Position numbers and translations under genes: made by a program
Source: an uncultured archaeon
GTDB taxonomy: Archaea; Iainarchaeota; Iainarchaeia; Iainarchaeales; GCA-2688035
Length of the DNA stretch: 64,000 bases
Reading direction: 5' to 3'
Assembly: GCA_964569815.1 (NCBI GenBank)
Contig: CAZMUN010000002.1
Coordinates: 2,701 to 66,700 of the forward strand
Notes under the pieces: model-generated
Seen by the model: only the letters and a program-made list of their open reading frames with translations
Database searches by the model: none
Told to the model about the DNA's origin: nothing
Shown here: one piece after another, positions 9,626 to 18,602 of the stretch
How positions within the stretch are numbered: the first letter of the stretch is position 1
Layout of the letters: each line of letters starts with the position of its first letter

Positions 9626-11263
9626 TTGATAGGAGTTATGGCAGAAAAACCAATCACAGCCCTGATTGAAAAAATTGCAAAAGAGTTCGAGGAAGCAAAC
9701 GCAGACAAATGGACCATAACCAAAATAGTGAAAGACTTAACCAAAGAACCAAACCTGAAATCAAAACAGCTTAAAAAAAAGGCCTTTGAGATGCTGCAGC
9801 AAGCCAACCCAAAGGCGGCAGCAGTTTACGCCTCGTTCCAAAGAATGCATGTAAGGACAAGCAAACAGCTCGTGGAAAGCTTTGACCGCGGAAACATAAT
9901 AAAAAGCCTGCTGAGGGAAACGGCTGTTCCACGCGGCGTTGCCGAAAAAATTGGCCGCGAAGTAGAAGAAAAAATAAAAGACCTTGAAATAGAGAACATC
10001 AGCACTGCACTGATAAGGGAGCTAGTCAACGTAAAGCTTCTGGAATACGGGCACGAAAACATAAGAAACCAGTACACCAGAGTAGGGCTGCCGGTATTCG
10101 AAGCCGAAAAAAAAGCAGGGCAAGGGCCATATGGAAGCAAAGCCATAATGACAGAATACAATTTGCTGAAAGCCATTCCAACAGGCATTGCAAGAATGCA
10201 CCTGGCAAACGAAATATTTATCGCCGGCATGGAAGACTTTTCAACAAAGCCAACCGCAATAAGCATTGAAGCAGGGCCCCTTGAAACAGCCAAGGAAACC
10301 GTGCTGGAAGTCCTTGAAAGAGCACACCGCCTTGAAAAATTCTTCAGCTGGCGGCCTAACATCTCTAACCTGAACATGGCTCTCGCAACCGAAACAGGAA
10401 AAAGGGCTGCAAAAGACGCGGCACTGCTTTTCACAAAAGTTTCAAAAGCCGTTTTTCTTGAAAAAAAACCGGTCCCATCATTCAACACAATGCCGTTGTT
10501 TGAGCCAGAAAGCTTTTCAAAAAAGAAAGTTAAAAAAGAAAGCAGTTCGGCAGCAGTTCTTTCCATCCTGAAAGCCAGCCAAAACCAGGCGTTTGAAAAC
10601 GCGGTCGCGGTTGACACCAAATACAAGCTCAAGCTCCTTGGCAAAAGCACGCCAAGGCACTTTCTCAACTGCAAAAGCAAGGAATGGGCCCTGGTAAACG
10701 AAATGGCCTTTGAAGGAAAAGGAATCTGCTCTTTCACGGCAATAAACCTTACAGGCCTCGCACTAAACAACGGCAGCGAAGAAACCTTTTTCCAAGAAAT
10801 GGAAAAAAAAGCCCAAGCATTGAAAAAGCTTGACAGCCTGAAAAGAAGCATTCTGGCAAAAAGGCCTTACATAAGAAAGCAGGGCATCCAGGTCCAGGAA
10901 CTGCATTCAGCAATTGCCTTGGACAGCCTTACAAGGCCGAGCAGAACAATAACAAAAACAGAAAAAGAAAACGAGGCCCTGGGCTTTGCGGAAAAAATCC
11001 TCTCAAGCCTGAAAAAAAGCCTCCCAGAAACATTTGTTTTAACAGAACTCAAAAACAAAACAGCCCTAAACAGGTTCCACTGCCAAAACAGGAAACTAGC
11101 CCATTCAACAGGGCCTTACCTGCCAGAAGAACAGCTTCTTAAAAAAAGCAGCCAGATAACAAAAAACTACAGTTTTTCAGCAAAAGCAGAAAGCAAAAAA
11201 GAGCTCAACGAGCTACTTGACTCAAATGCAAGAATGATTGAATTCAAAGAAAACAAAAATTAA
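9626..11263 (+). CDS. ATP-cone domain protein with a degenerate NrdD-like (class III RNR-like) downstream region; function unknown
   Basis: N-terminal ATP-cone pattern HVRTSKQLVESFDRGNIIKSLLRETAVPRGVAEKIGREVEEKI...ISTALIRELVNVKLLEYGHENIRNQY. Downstream ARMHLANEIFIAGMEDF weakly resembles the NrdD IHYHDLD segment. No glycyl-radical or C-terminal Cys motifs. Confidence 0.45.
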   Translation: MIGVMAEKPITALIEKIAKEFEEANADKWTITKIVKDLTKEPNLKSKQLKKKAFEMLQQANPKAAAVYASFQRMHVRTSKQLVESFDRGNIIKSLLRETAVPRGVAEKIGREVEEKIKDLEIENISTALIRELVNVKLLEYGHENIRNQYTRVGLPVFEAEKKAGQGPYGSKAIMTEYNLLKAIPTGIARMHLANEIFIAGMEDFSTKPTAISIEAGPLETAKETVLEVLERAHRLEKFFSWRPNISNLNMALATETGKRAAKDAALLFTKVSKAVFLEKKPVPSFNTMPLFEPESFSKKKVKKESSSAAVLSILKASQNQAFENAVAVDTKYKLKLLGKSTPRHFLNCKSKEWALVNEMAFEGKGICSFTAINLTGLALNNGSEETFFQEMEKKAQALKKLDSLKRSILAKRPYIRKQGIQVQELHSAIALDSLTRPSRTITKTEKENEALGFAEKILSSLKKSLPETFVLTELKNKTALNRFHCQNRKLAHSTGPYLPEEQLLKKSSQITKNYSFSAKAESKKELNELLDSNARMIEFKENKN

Positions 11264-12051
11264 GGCTTTGGGGCCGCTGCCAAGGATTCGGGTTCAGGCC
11301 TTGGCGGCAAAGGCTTTTTTTGCCTTGCGGCCTCATGCTCTTTGATTAAATCAAAGCGCATCATGTACTGGTATGTTTTCATTATTTCAATAAAAGGCAA
11401 AACAAATACTAGGCTAAGGAGGAGCGAAACATAGGGTGCAAGAAGGGTAACCTGCGCAACCAAGAACTCCAAAAGCAAAAGCAGGCCAAGAAACACAGAA
11501 CCAACAACAAGGGCTATCACAAAAGACTTAGGGTGTTTTTTCAAAAACTCGAAGTTGCTTAACAAGGCATGCCTAAGGCCCTCTTCGTCTATTACCACGG
11601 CCTGCGGGACAAAAAGGAAAAGAAATGAAACAGCGAGCATTCCGATTGCCGAGTAAACCACATGCAAGCCGGCCGCAAGCAGCCCCACAGTCAAAAGGAA
11701 AAGCAGCAACGAGTAAAAAACGTAAAAAACAAAAACGCGGAGCGTGAACTTTTGAATCATTTCAGACAAGTAAAACTGGAGCTTTAGCTTGCTCAAATTT
11801 TTTCTAACACCCAAAACGATTATTGAAACGAAAAAAGCGTAGAAGGCCAAAAAAAGGGTTATCAGGGCAATTTCTACCCCCAGAATTAGGGGCTGGGCAA
11901 GAAAAAGCCCGTAGTCAACAAAAATCGTTCCACTGCTCAAAAACATGTTTTGGAAAAAGGCAAAAACAGGCACGAAAACAAGAAGCAGGGCAAAAACCAG
12001 CGCGGTCTTGAAATTAGCCTTATACTGCTGCCAGCTGTTCTTCAAAAGCAC
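11260..12051 (-). CDS. Polytopic membrane protein, unknown function
   Basis: About six hydrophobic segments. Pro-rich C-terminus PLPPRPEPESLAAAPKP. Confidence 0.45.
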   Translation of the reverse strand: MLLKNSWQQYKANFKTALVFALLLVFVPVFAFFQNMFLSSGTIFVDYGLFLAQPLILGVEIALITLFLAFYAFFVSIIVLGVRKNLSKLKLQFYLSEMIQKFTLRVFVFYVFYSLLLFLLTVGLLAAGLHVVYSAIGMLAVSFLFLFVPQAVVIDEEGLRHALLSNFEFLKKHPKSFVIALVVGSVFLGLLLLLEFLVAQVTLLAPYVSLLLSLVFVLPFIEIMKTYQYMMRFDLIKEHEAARQKKPLPPRPEPESLAAAPKP

Positions 12052-12230
12052 CCAAAAAACCCCAATATAGTTGCTGCATAAGTTGTTAAAAACCTACTTG
12101 GGTTGAAACAGCCTTGAAAATGTTTTTAAAAAGAAAAAACCAGGAAAGGGTAAGGTGGTTAAATGAAACTTTGGAAAGGATGCTGCGGAGAATGCGGCGA
12201 CGAAGAAGAAAGTGAAGACGAAGAATAAAA

Positions 12231-13478
12231 CTATGAAGCGGGCTCGCCGGCCAGATAGGTTGGAAACGCCCTTTTTATTCTTGTTTTTTGAAAACAGCCA
12301 AGCTTGCCGCGTTTTACTGCAACAGGCTTATAGTTTAAGGTTCGGCCAATAAGGCTTCCTTTTTTGCCGGGCTCGTCAAAAAGAACAAGCTCTGTTCTGC
12401 CAACCATCTCATTGTTTCTTTTCAAAGCGATTTCCCTGCAAAGGCCGGTAAGAATTCGGCTACGCTCTTTTTTAACTCGGCCATGAAGCTGGCCAGGCAT
12501 TTTCTCTGCAAGAGTGCGGGGCCTTGCTCCAAACCTGCTGATATTGACAATGTCGGGCTCTGCCTTTTTGAGAAGAGAAACCGTTTTTTCAAAATCAGGG
12601 GTTGTTTCTCTCGGAAAGCCCACAATCACATCAGTGGAAATGGTTGCCTCAGGGAAACGGCTGCGAATCCTTTTAACAGCCCTAAGAAAATCTTCAGGCA
12701 AGTACTGCCTGTTCATGGCCTTAAGAATTTTGTTGCTTCCGCTTTGAACCGGAATATGAAAAAACCTGAATAAGCGGGAGTCATCAAAAAGTTTGAGGTA
12801 TTGGCCAAGAAAATTGGACAAGTGCCCAGGATTCATCATTCCAACCCGAATCCTGAAATTGGCTTTGTTTTTAAGCAGGGCTTCAAGCAGGTTAGGCAAA
12901 TTCGTATTCAAATCAAAGCCATAGCAGCCGCAGTCCTGGGAAGTCAGCCAAATTTCAGGAGTTTCCTTTATTGCTTTCCCGAATTTGCTGGAAAGCTCTT
13001 CCACAGAATAGCTTTTCAATTTGCCACGAGCGTTCTTCACAGAACAGTAAGCGCACTGCCCCAAACAGCCCCTTGAAATAGGAATGATTGAAACAAAGCC
13101 CTGGCTTCTTTGCTCTTCAAGCATTGGAGAAAAATCCTGCAAAGGCAGCTTTAAAAAAGAAGCAAGCTCTGAAAGGCTTGGGCCGACCTGAACTATTTTC
13201 GGAGAAATTTTTTCAACAGAGGCAGGGTCTATTTTTGGAAGGCAGCCAAAAACCACAAGAACCCTGTTTTTCTTTTCCGCCGTGGTTTTCAGTTCACGGA
13301 TTCTGCGAAGCATCTTTGACTGGGTCTGCTCTTTCACAGCACAAGTGTTTACCACAAGCAGTTCAGCTTCTTCCGGCTTTGACACCAGTTCAAAGCCATG
13401 GCTTTTAAGAAAGCCCTGAACCTGTTCTGTGTCAGCCTTGTTCAAAGAACAGCCATAGCCTTCAACAAACGCTTTCAT
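12231..13478 (-). CDS. Radical-SAM methylthiotransferase (MiaB/MtaB/CDKAL1-like tRNA MTTase) with TRAM domain
   Basis: MTTase N-terminus FVEGYGCSLNKADTEQ. Radical-SAM GCLGQCAYCS (Cx3Cx2C). Start placed at the ATG at 13478. The track ORF to 13547 adds 23 aa and overlaps the upstream gene. Confidence 0.8.
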   Translation of the reverse strand: MKAFVEGYGCSLNKADTEQVQGFLKSHGFELVSKPEEAELLVVNTCAVKEQTQSKMLRRIRELKTTAEKKNRVLVVFGCLPKIDPASVEKISPKIVQVGPSLSELASFLKLPLQDFSPMLEEQRSQGFVSIIPISRGCLGQCAYCSVKNARGKLKSYSVEELSSKFGKAIKETPEIWLTSQDCGCYGFDLNTNLPNLLEALLKNKANFRIRVGMMNPGHLSNFLGQYLKLFDDSRLFRFFHIPVQSGSNKILKAMNRQYLPEDFLRAVKRIRSRFPEATISTDVIVGFPRETTPDFEKTVSLLKKAEPDIVNISRFGARPRTLAEKMPGQLHGRVKKERSRILTGLCREIALKRNNEMVGRTELVLFDEPGKKGSLIGRTLNYKPVAVKRGKLGCFQKTRIKRAFPTYLAGEPAS

Positions 13479-13512
13479 AAAAAGAAAAAAGGCAAAACAA
13501 CCGTTAAAAAAG

Positions 13513-14022
13513 TTATTCCCGGGCCTTGTTTTTCTCTTCAGGGCCAAGCTTTATTTTTTCAACGGCAAAGCGTGCAATCCAGCCAAAGGCCCCAGCCCAG
13601 GCAAAAAGGAAAAAGGCGCTTGTATGAAGCTTTGGCCAAAAGTTAAGAATGTCAAGAGTAAGCTCAAACCTGTTGAGGGCAGCAAAGTTTGCCATATACC
13701 AGTAGAGTGCAACAAAGTATGCAACCAAGGAGACGGCAAAAAAGCCAAGGGGAAACAAAGGAGAAAAGCCAAGCTCTGTCTTAAAAGACTTGTTGACGTA
13801 GTCAACCAAAAAGAAGACAGCAAAAAAGCCAACCAAAGGCATTGCAAAAAACATCGGGCTTTCAAACCTGGGAAGAGTCAAAATAAGGCCAAGCAGGGGG
13901 ATTTCGCTTAAAACAGGGTTTGCTGCATTCAAGACAGCCAAAATAACAAAAGTAAGAATGCAAAGAAAGCCCACTATCACGATCTTGCCTGTCGTCATCT
14001 TTTCCAAAGCAGTTTCCGCCAT
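13513..14022 (-). CDS. Small integral membrane protein, unknown
   Basis: Four to five TM helices. No recognisable motif. Confidence 0.4.
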   Translation of the reverse strand: MAETALEKMTTGKIVIVGFLCILTFVILAVLNAANPVLSEIPLLGLILTLPRFESPMFFAMPLVGFFAVFFLVDYVNKSFKTELGFSPLFPLGFFAVSLVAYFVALYWYMANFAALNRFELTLDILNFWPKLHTSAFFLFAWAGAFGWIARFAVEKIKLGPEEKNKARE

Positions 14023-14111
14023 TAAAAAAAAACCCGTTTTTTTTGAAATAATTAATGGTAATAAGTTTAAAACCGTTTCCTGGGAAAAATATCATCAGGG
14101 GATTTAAAAAA

Positions 14112-15071
14112 ATGGCCGGAGAACTGCCCTGGGTGGAAAAATACAGGCCTGGAACACTTTCACAAGTGGTAGGCCAAAAAGACGCAGTCAGCAGGCTGCA
14201 AAGCTATGTAAAAAACAAAAACGTCCCAAACATGCTTTTTTCAGGGCCAGCAGGAATAGGAAAAACAAGCGCTGCAGTGGCCCTTTCCAAAGACCTCTAC
14301 GGCTCGGAATTCGGCCGAAATTTTTTGGAACTGAATGCATCAGATGCCCGCGGAATAGACGTGATAAGGGGCCAAATAAAGGACTTTGCCCGCACTTTAG
14401 CTTTTTCAGCAGACTTCAAGATAATCTTTTTGGACGAATCAGACGCCCTTACAAGCGACGCCCAGCATGCCCTGAGAAGAACCATGGAAAAATACACCAA
14501 AACATGCCGATTCATACTGAGCTGCAATTATTCCAGCAGAATAATAGAGCCATTGCAAAGCCGTTGCGTGGTGTTCAGGTTCAGGCCCCTGACAGCCAAA
14601 GAAATGGAAACAAGGATAGACGAAATAACAGAAAAAGAGTCCCTGGCATTGGACAAAAAAGCGCTTGAAGCAATAACCTATGTAAGCATGGGCGACATGA
14701 GAAAGGCCGTTAACATACTGCAAGCCGCCTCCGCCCTGGGGAAAAAAATCGATGAAGAAAACATATTCAACGTGTCAAGCAGGGCAAGGCCGCAGGAAAT
14801 AAAAGAAATAATTCAAACCGCACTCAAAGGAAAATTTCTGGAAGCAAGAAACCTCTTGGACACGCTGATGTACCAGCATGGAATGTCAGGCGAAGACGTA
14901 ATAAGCCAGGTTTACCGCGAAGTCATGAACGCAGATGAAAAAGAAATCCCAAGCAAAACCAAGATAGGCCTTGTGGACGTAATAGGAGAATACGATTTCC
15001 GCTTGGTGGAAGGAGCCAATGAACGCGTTCAATTGGAAGCAATGCTCGCCCAGTTCGCAAAATTCAAGTAA
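14112..15071 (+). CDS. rfcS: Replication factor C small subunit (clamp loader), intein-free
   Basis: LPWVEKYRP...GPAGIGKTSAAVALSKDL, Walker B FLDESDAL, SRC-like SCNYSSRIIEPLQSRC. Start at the ATG at 14112 (MAGELPW). Confidence 0.9.
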   Translation: MAGELPWVEKYRPGTLSQVVGQKDAVSRLQSYVKNKNVPNMLFSGPAGIGKTSAAVALSKDLYGSEFGRNFLELNASDARGIDVIRGQIKDFARTLAFSADFKIIFLDESDALTSDAQHALRRTMEKYTKTCRFILSCNYSSRIIEPLQSRCVVFRFRPLTAKEMETRIDEITEKESLALDKKALEAITYVSMGDMRKAVNILQAASALGKKIDEENIFNVSSRARPQEIKEIIQTALKGKFLEARNLLDTLMYQHGMSGEDVISQVYREVMNADEKEIPSKTKIGLVDVIGEYDFRLVEGANERVQLEAMLAQFAKFK

Positions 15072-15354
15072 AGAAAAACTTTTTCACCGCCAATGTCGAA
15101 TTTTTTCTTAGAACTCGGATTTTCTCGGCTTAAATCTTTCCCTGCTCTGCTCCAAAAGAATTTAATGCCTCCAAAACCCGTAAGGCACCCAAGAAAAAAC
15201 CCCTAATTTGCTGGAGGCAATTTGACGAGTTAAGCAAGAACGCGAAAGAGAGCGGCCTATGGAAACAAAGCAAGCCTTGCACAATTCTTAGAAAAAATTC
15301 CTTTCAGCCCTCCAAAGAAGAAAGATAAACTTGAAACGGCTGTAAGAAACCAAG

Positions 15355-16593
15355 CTACTTGGCAAAATCGGAGAGTCGCCTCTGGTGTTGCAAAAAGTCA
15401 AGCAGCTTGCTCTTTTTCTTCCAAGGCTTTAAGGGAGTCTGCAGCTTGCGTTCAACAAAGGCCAGAGCAAGAGGCAAGCCACTGAAAGTCAACGGCTTGC
15501 ATGCCAAAGCAGCCTTTACAGATTCCTGGATGACCCAGTTGCCCAAACCAATGTTGTATTCAGGCGTTATCTCCCTGAAAACCAGTGCAGCGGCCTGGCG
15601 CTTAATCTTCTTCAGGTACTCGCAAACAGACAATCGAGCCGCATGATAGGCGCCAGCAATGTTTGAAGGATAGTCCTTTCTGCCGGCATAAAATTCATGG
15701 TCCTGGATAACCTCTACCTTGCTTGAATCCTTTTCCTGATACCACATGGAACCGGGAATCCAAGCCTCCAAGTTCTCAAAAGCCCAGGCACCAGGAATCA
15801 AGAGAATAAAAAACCTGTTTCCCAAGTACTCAGTGGAAAACAACCTAATCTCACCAAGTTCCTGGAAGTATTTTATCTCACCAATCAAAGATTTTCCAAT
15901 TGCGTCCTGCGAAGCCACAATGCTCCATCTTGTCGGAGTAAATCTCCTATTCTTGCCTATACCGAGTGCCCCCGCACTGAGAAGTTTGTAAATTCTGCTC
16001 ACATGAAAACCGTAATCATAAAGCCGGATCATGGCATCAGCAGATTTCAAATCAGTGTCTGAAACAGCGTAATCTATTTTTTTTGGAATGCTGGGATTTT
16101 CCTCAAAGCTCATTTTCAAAAGCTTTCCAGAAGGGCCATGGGGCGCAATGCTTTCATGGAAAGACAAGGAAAAAGAAGGCCTTTTCTTCAAAGTCACATC
16201 TATTGCAATTGGCTTTGTGGTCATGACAAGCTCCTGCAATTCAGCCAAGCCATAGGAGGGTTTTGCTGCATCGCCCACATTGACTGGCTTGTTGCTTCTC
16301 AAAAGCTGTTCCCGGAACGAAATTATCTGCTCTTGCGGCAGGCCAAACCACTCCTCAGGAGTATCAAACAAGGCAGAATCCATTACCTCTGTAGGGCTTA
16401 AGGGAGCAATCTCAACCTTTGGATAATTGTTCCAGGAAACAAACAACGACGGCGGGCTGCTTCCCACAAACTCTTTGCCACGAATGCTTGAAACAACCTT
16501 GTTTCTGGCGGAATGCTTTTTCAGTATAGGGCAATACGAAAGGCCACAGAGAAGCTTGCCCTTGCACTTAATGCACAGTTTAGGGGAAATCAT
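15355..16593 (-). CDS. nreA: NreA-like (DUF650/DUF651) DNA-repair protein with N-terminal Cys4 zinc finger and C-terminal PIP-like box
   Basis: N-terminus CIKCKGKLLCGLSYCPILK. C-terminus ...QRRLSDFAK resembles an archaeal PCNA-interacting QxxLxxF motif. Adjacent to rfcS. Confidence 0.5.
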   Translation of the reverse strand: MISPKLCIKCKGKLLCGLSYCPILKKHSARNKVVSSIRGKEFVGSSPPSLFVSWNNYPKVEIAPLSPTEVMDSALFDTPEEWFGLPQEQIISFREQLLRSNKPVNVGDAAKPSYGLAELQELVMTTKPIAIDVTLKKRPSFSLSFHESIAPHGPSGKLLKMSFEENPSIPKKIDYAVSDTDLKSADAMIRLYDYGFHVSRIYKLLSAGALGIGKNRRFTPTRWSIVASQDAIGKSLIGEIKYFQELGEIRLFSTEYLGNRFFILLIPGAWAFENLEAWIPGSMWYQEKDSSKVEVIQDHEFYAGRKDYPSNIAGAYHAARLSVCEYLKKIKRQAAALVFREITPEYNIGLGNWVIQESVKAALACKPLTFSGLPLALAFVERKLQTPLKPWKKKSKLLDFLQHQRRLSDFAK

Positions 16594-16817
16594 AGCAACA
16601 CTCTTAATTGCGAAGCCACCCTAATTAGCTCAAAGCGAAATAGGGCTCTTGCTCGCACCAGCCGAACGTGACGGGTCTCGCACTCAATGCACAGTTTTGG
16701 GAAAATCATGGAACAGCCCATAATATATTCCTTTATTGAATGCATTAAATACTAATTGGAGTAGACTTCCCCTGATTAAACAATTTTAAATAACAATCGG
16801 GGCTTATTTTGTTGGAA

Positions 16818-18545
16818 ATGGCAAGGATTGACTGGAAAAAACCAGAGGACAGGGAAAGGCTTTGGCACAGCGCAAGCCATGTCATGGCAGCCGCTGTAAA
16901 AGAGCTTTGCCCTGACGCAAAACTGGCAATAGGCCCCGCAATAGAGGAAGGGTTTTACTATGATTTTGATGTCAAGGACAGCTTCAAGCCGGAAGAGCTG
17001 GAAGAAATTGAAAAAAAGATGCAGGAAATAATCAAGGCCGGGGAAAAGTTTGAAAAAAGGGAAATAAGCAAAAAAGAAGCAAAAGAAATCTTCAAAAACG
17101 AGCCCTACAAGCTGGAGCTCGTAGAAGAGCTGCGTGGAAGCAAGGCAAGCACTTACTCTACAGGAAACTTTGTGGACTTATGCAAGGGACCGCACATTGA
17201 GAACGCAAAGCAAATCGGAGCAGTAAAGCTTCTGAAAGTTGCCGGCGCGTACTGGCGCGGCTCTGAAAAAAACAAAATGCTTCAAAGGATTTACGGCATT
17301 GCGTTCCCTGACAAGAAAATGCTGAGAAAATGGCTTCACTTGAAAGAGGAAGCTGAAAAAAGAAACCATTTGAAGCTTGGCAGAAACTTGGACTTGTTCA
17401 GCATGCAGCCTGAGGCGCCAGGATGCGTTTTTATTCATCCAAAGGGAATGGTTGTCTGGAACGAGCTTGTGAGGTTCTGGCAGGACGAACACAGCAAGGC
17501 AGGCTATGTTGAAATAAGCACCCCAATTATTCTGAAAAAAAGCCTTTGGGAAAGGTCAGGCCATTGGAACCATTACAAGGAAAACATGTACTTTACAGTA
17601 ATAGACGGAGAGGACTTTGCAGTAAAGCCCATGAACTGCCCGGGAGGAATACTTGTTTACAAAAGCCACAGGCACAGCTACAGGGAATTGCCTTTGAGGA
17701 TTGCAGAGCTTGGCACTGTCCACAGGCACGAGCTTTCAGGGGTATTGAACGGGTTGTTCCGCGTGAGAAAGTTTACACAGGATGATGCACACATCTACTG
17801 CATGGAAGAGCAGGTTGAAGAAGAAGTCATAGGCGTCATTGAGCTAGTGGACCGAATTTACAAGGTTTTTGGGTTCCCATACCATGTTGAGCTAAGCACA
17901 AGGCCTGCCAAGGCAATGGGCTCCAAAGAGACGTGGGACAAAGCCGAGGCAGCATTGAAAAAGGCCATGCAGAAAAAGAAAATGCAATTCAAGGTCAATG
18001 AAGGCGACGGCGCATTCTATGGCCCGAAAATAGATTTCCATATAAAGGATTCTTTAGGAAGAACATGGCAGTGTGCCACTGTACAGCTTGACTTCTCAAT
18101 GCCTGAAAAATTTGATTTGACCTACATTGACAAGAACGACAAAGCCAAGAGGCCTGTAATGATTCACCGAGTCGTATACGGCAGCCTTGAAAGGTTTTTT
18201 GGGATTCTAATAGAACATTATGGCGGCGCGTTCCCAGCATGGCTAAGCCCTGCCCAGGTTTCACTGATTGCAATAGCCGACAAGCACCAGGATTACGCGG
18301 AACGCGTGAAAAAGGAGTTTGAGGAAGCAGGCCTTCGCGTTCTGCTCGACTCCAGAAGCGAAACCGTTTCAGCAAAAGTCCGCGATGCCCAGCTTCAGAA
18401 AATTCCCTACATTCTGGTTATAGGAGACCGTGAACAAAAAGACGGCACTGTTACAGTAAGGCAGCGTTCCGAAAAGGTTTTGGGTGCAAAAAAAACAAGT
18501 CAGTTTGTGGAAGAAACCCTAAAAGAAATCAGGGAAAAACGCTGA
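16818..18545 (+). CDS. thrS: Threonyl-tRNA synthetase (N2 editing-like domain, class II catalytic domain and anticodon-binding domain), lacking the N-terminal TGS domain
   Basis: HSASHVMAAAV (HxxxH), class II motifs RELPLRIAELGTVHRHELSG and FRVRKFTQDDAHIYC. Track ORF starts at the TTG at 16809; the ATG at 16818 is used here. Confidence 0.85.
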   Translation: MARIDWKKPEDRERLWHSASHVMAAAVKELCPDAKLAIGPAIEEGFYYDFDVKDSFKPEELEEIEKKMQEIIKAGEKFEKREISKKEAKEIFKNEPYKLELVEELRGSKASTYSTGNFVDLCKGPHIENAKQIGAVKLLKVAGAYWRGSEKNKMLQRIYGIAFPDKKMLRKWLHLKEEAEKRNHLKLGRNLDLFSMQPEAPGCVFIHPKGMVVWNELVRFWQDEHSKAGYVEISTPIILKKSLWERSGHWNHYKENMYFTVIDGEDFAVKPMNCPGGILVYKSHRHSYRELPLRIAELGTVHRHELSGVLNGLFRVRKFTQDDAHIYCMEEQVEEEVIGVIELVDRIYKVFGFPYHVELSTRPAKAMGSKETWDKAEAALKKAMQKKKMQFKVNEGDGAFYGPKIDFHIKDSLGRTWQCATVQLDFSMPEKFDLTYIDKNDKAKRPVMIHRVVYGSLERFFGILIEHYGGAFPAWLSPAQVSLIAIADKHQDYAERVKKEFEEAGLRVLLDSRSETVSAKVRDAQLQKIPYILVIGDREQKDGTVTVRQRSEKVLGAKKTSQFVEETLKEIREKR

Positions 18546-18602
18546 TTCTGCAAGCGCCTATAAAAGTTTATATAATAGAACGCCCTTTTTTTAGCTGAGA
18601 AT

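Noticed and set aside
9826-10851. 341-aa ORF antisense to the ATP-cone gene
   Set aside because: Low-complexity S/L/F-rich translation typical of the antisense frame of a K/E-rich gene. No motifs. The sense-strand gene has clear domain structure.
13479-13547. 23-codon N-terminal extension of the methylthiotransferase
   Set aside because: MTTase domain starts at MKAFVEGYGCS. The extension would overlap the upstream membrane-protein gene by 35 nt.
15167-15218. Inverted repeat GCCTCCA-n38-TGGAGGC in the rfcS/nreA convergent intergenic region as a possible ncRNA or terminator
   Set aside because: Only a 7-bp stem with a 38-nt loop. No C/D or H/ACA box features. Too weak to call.
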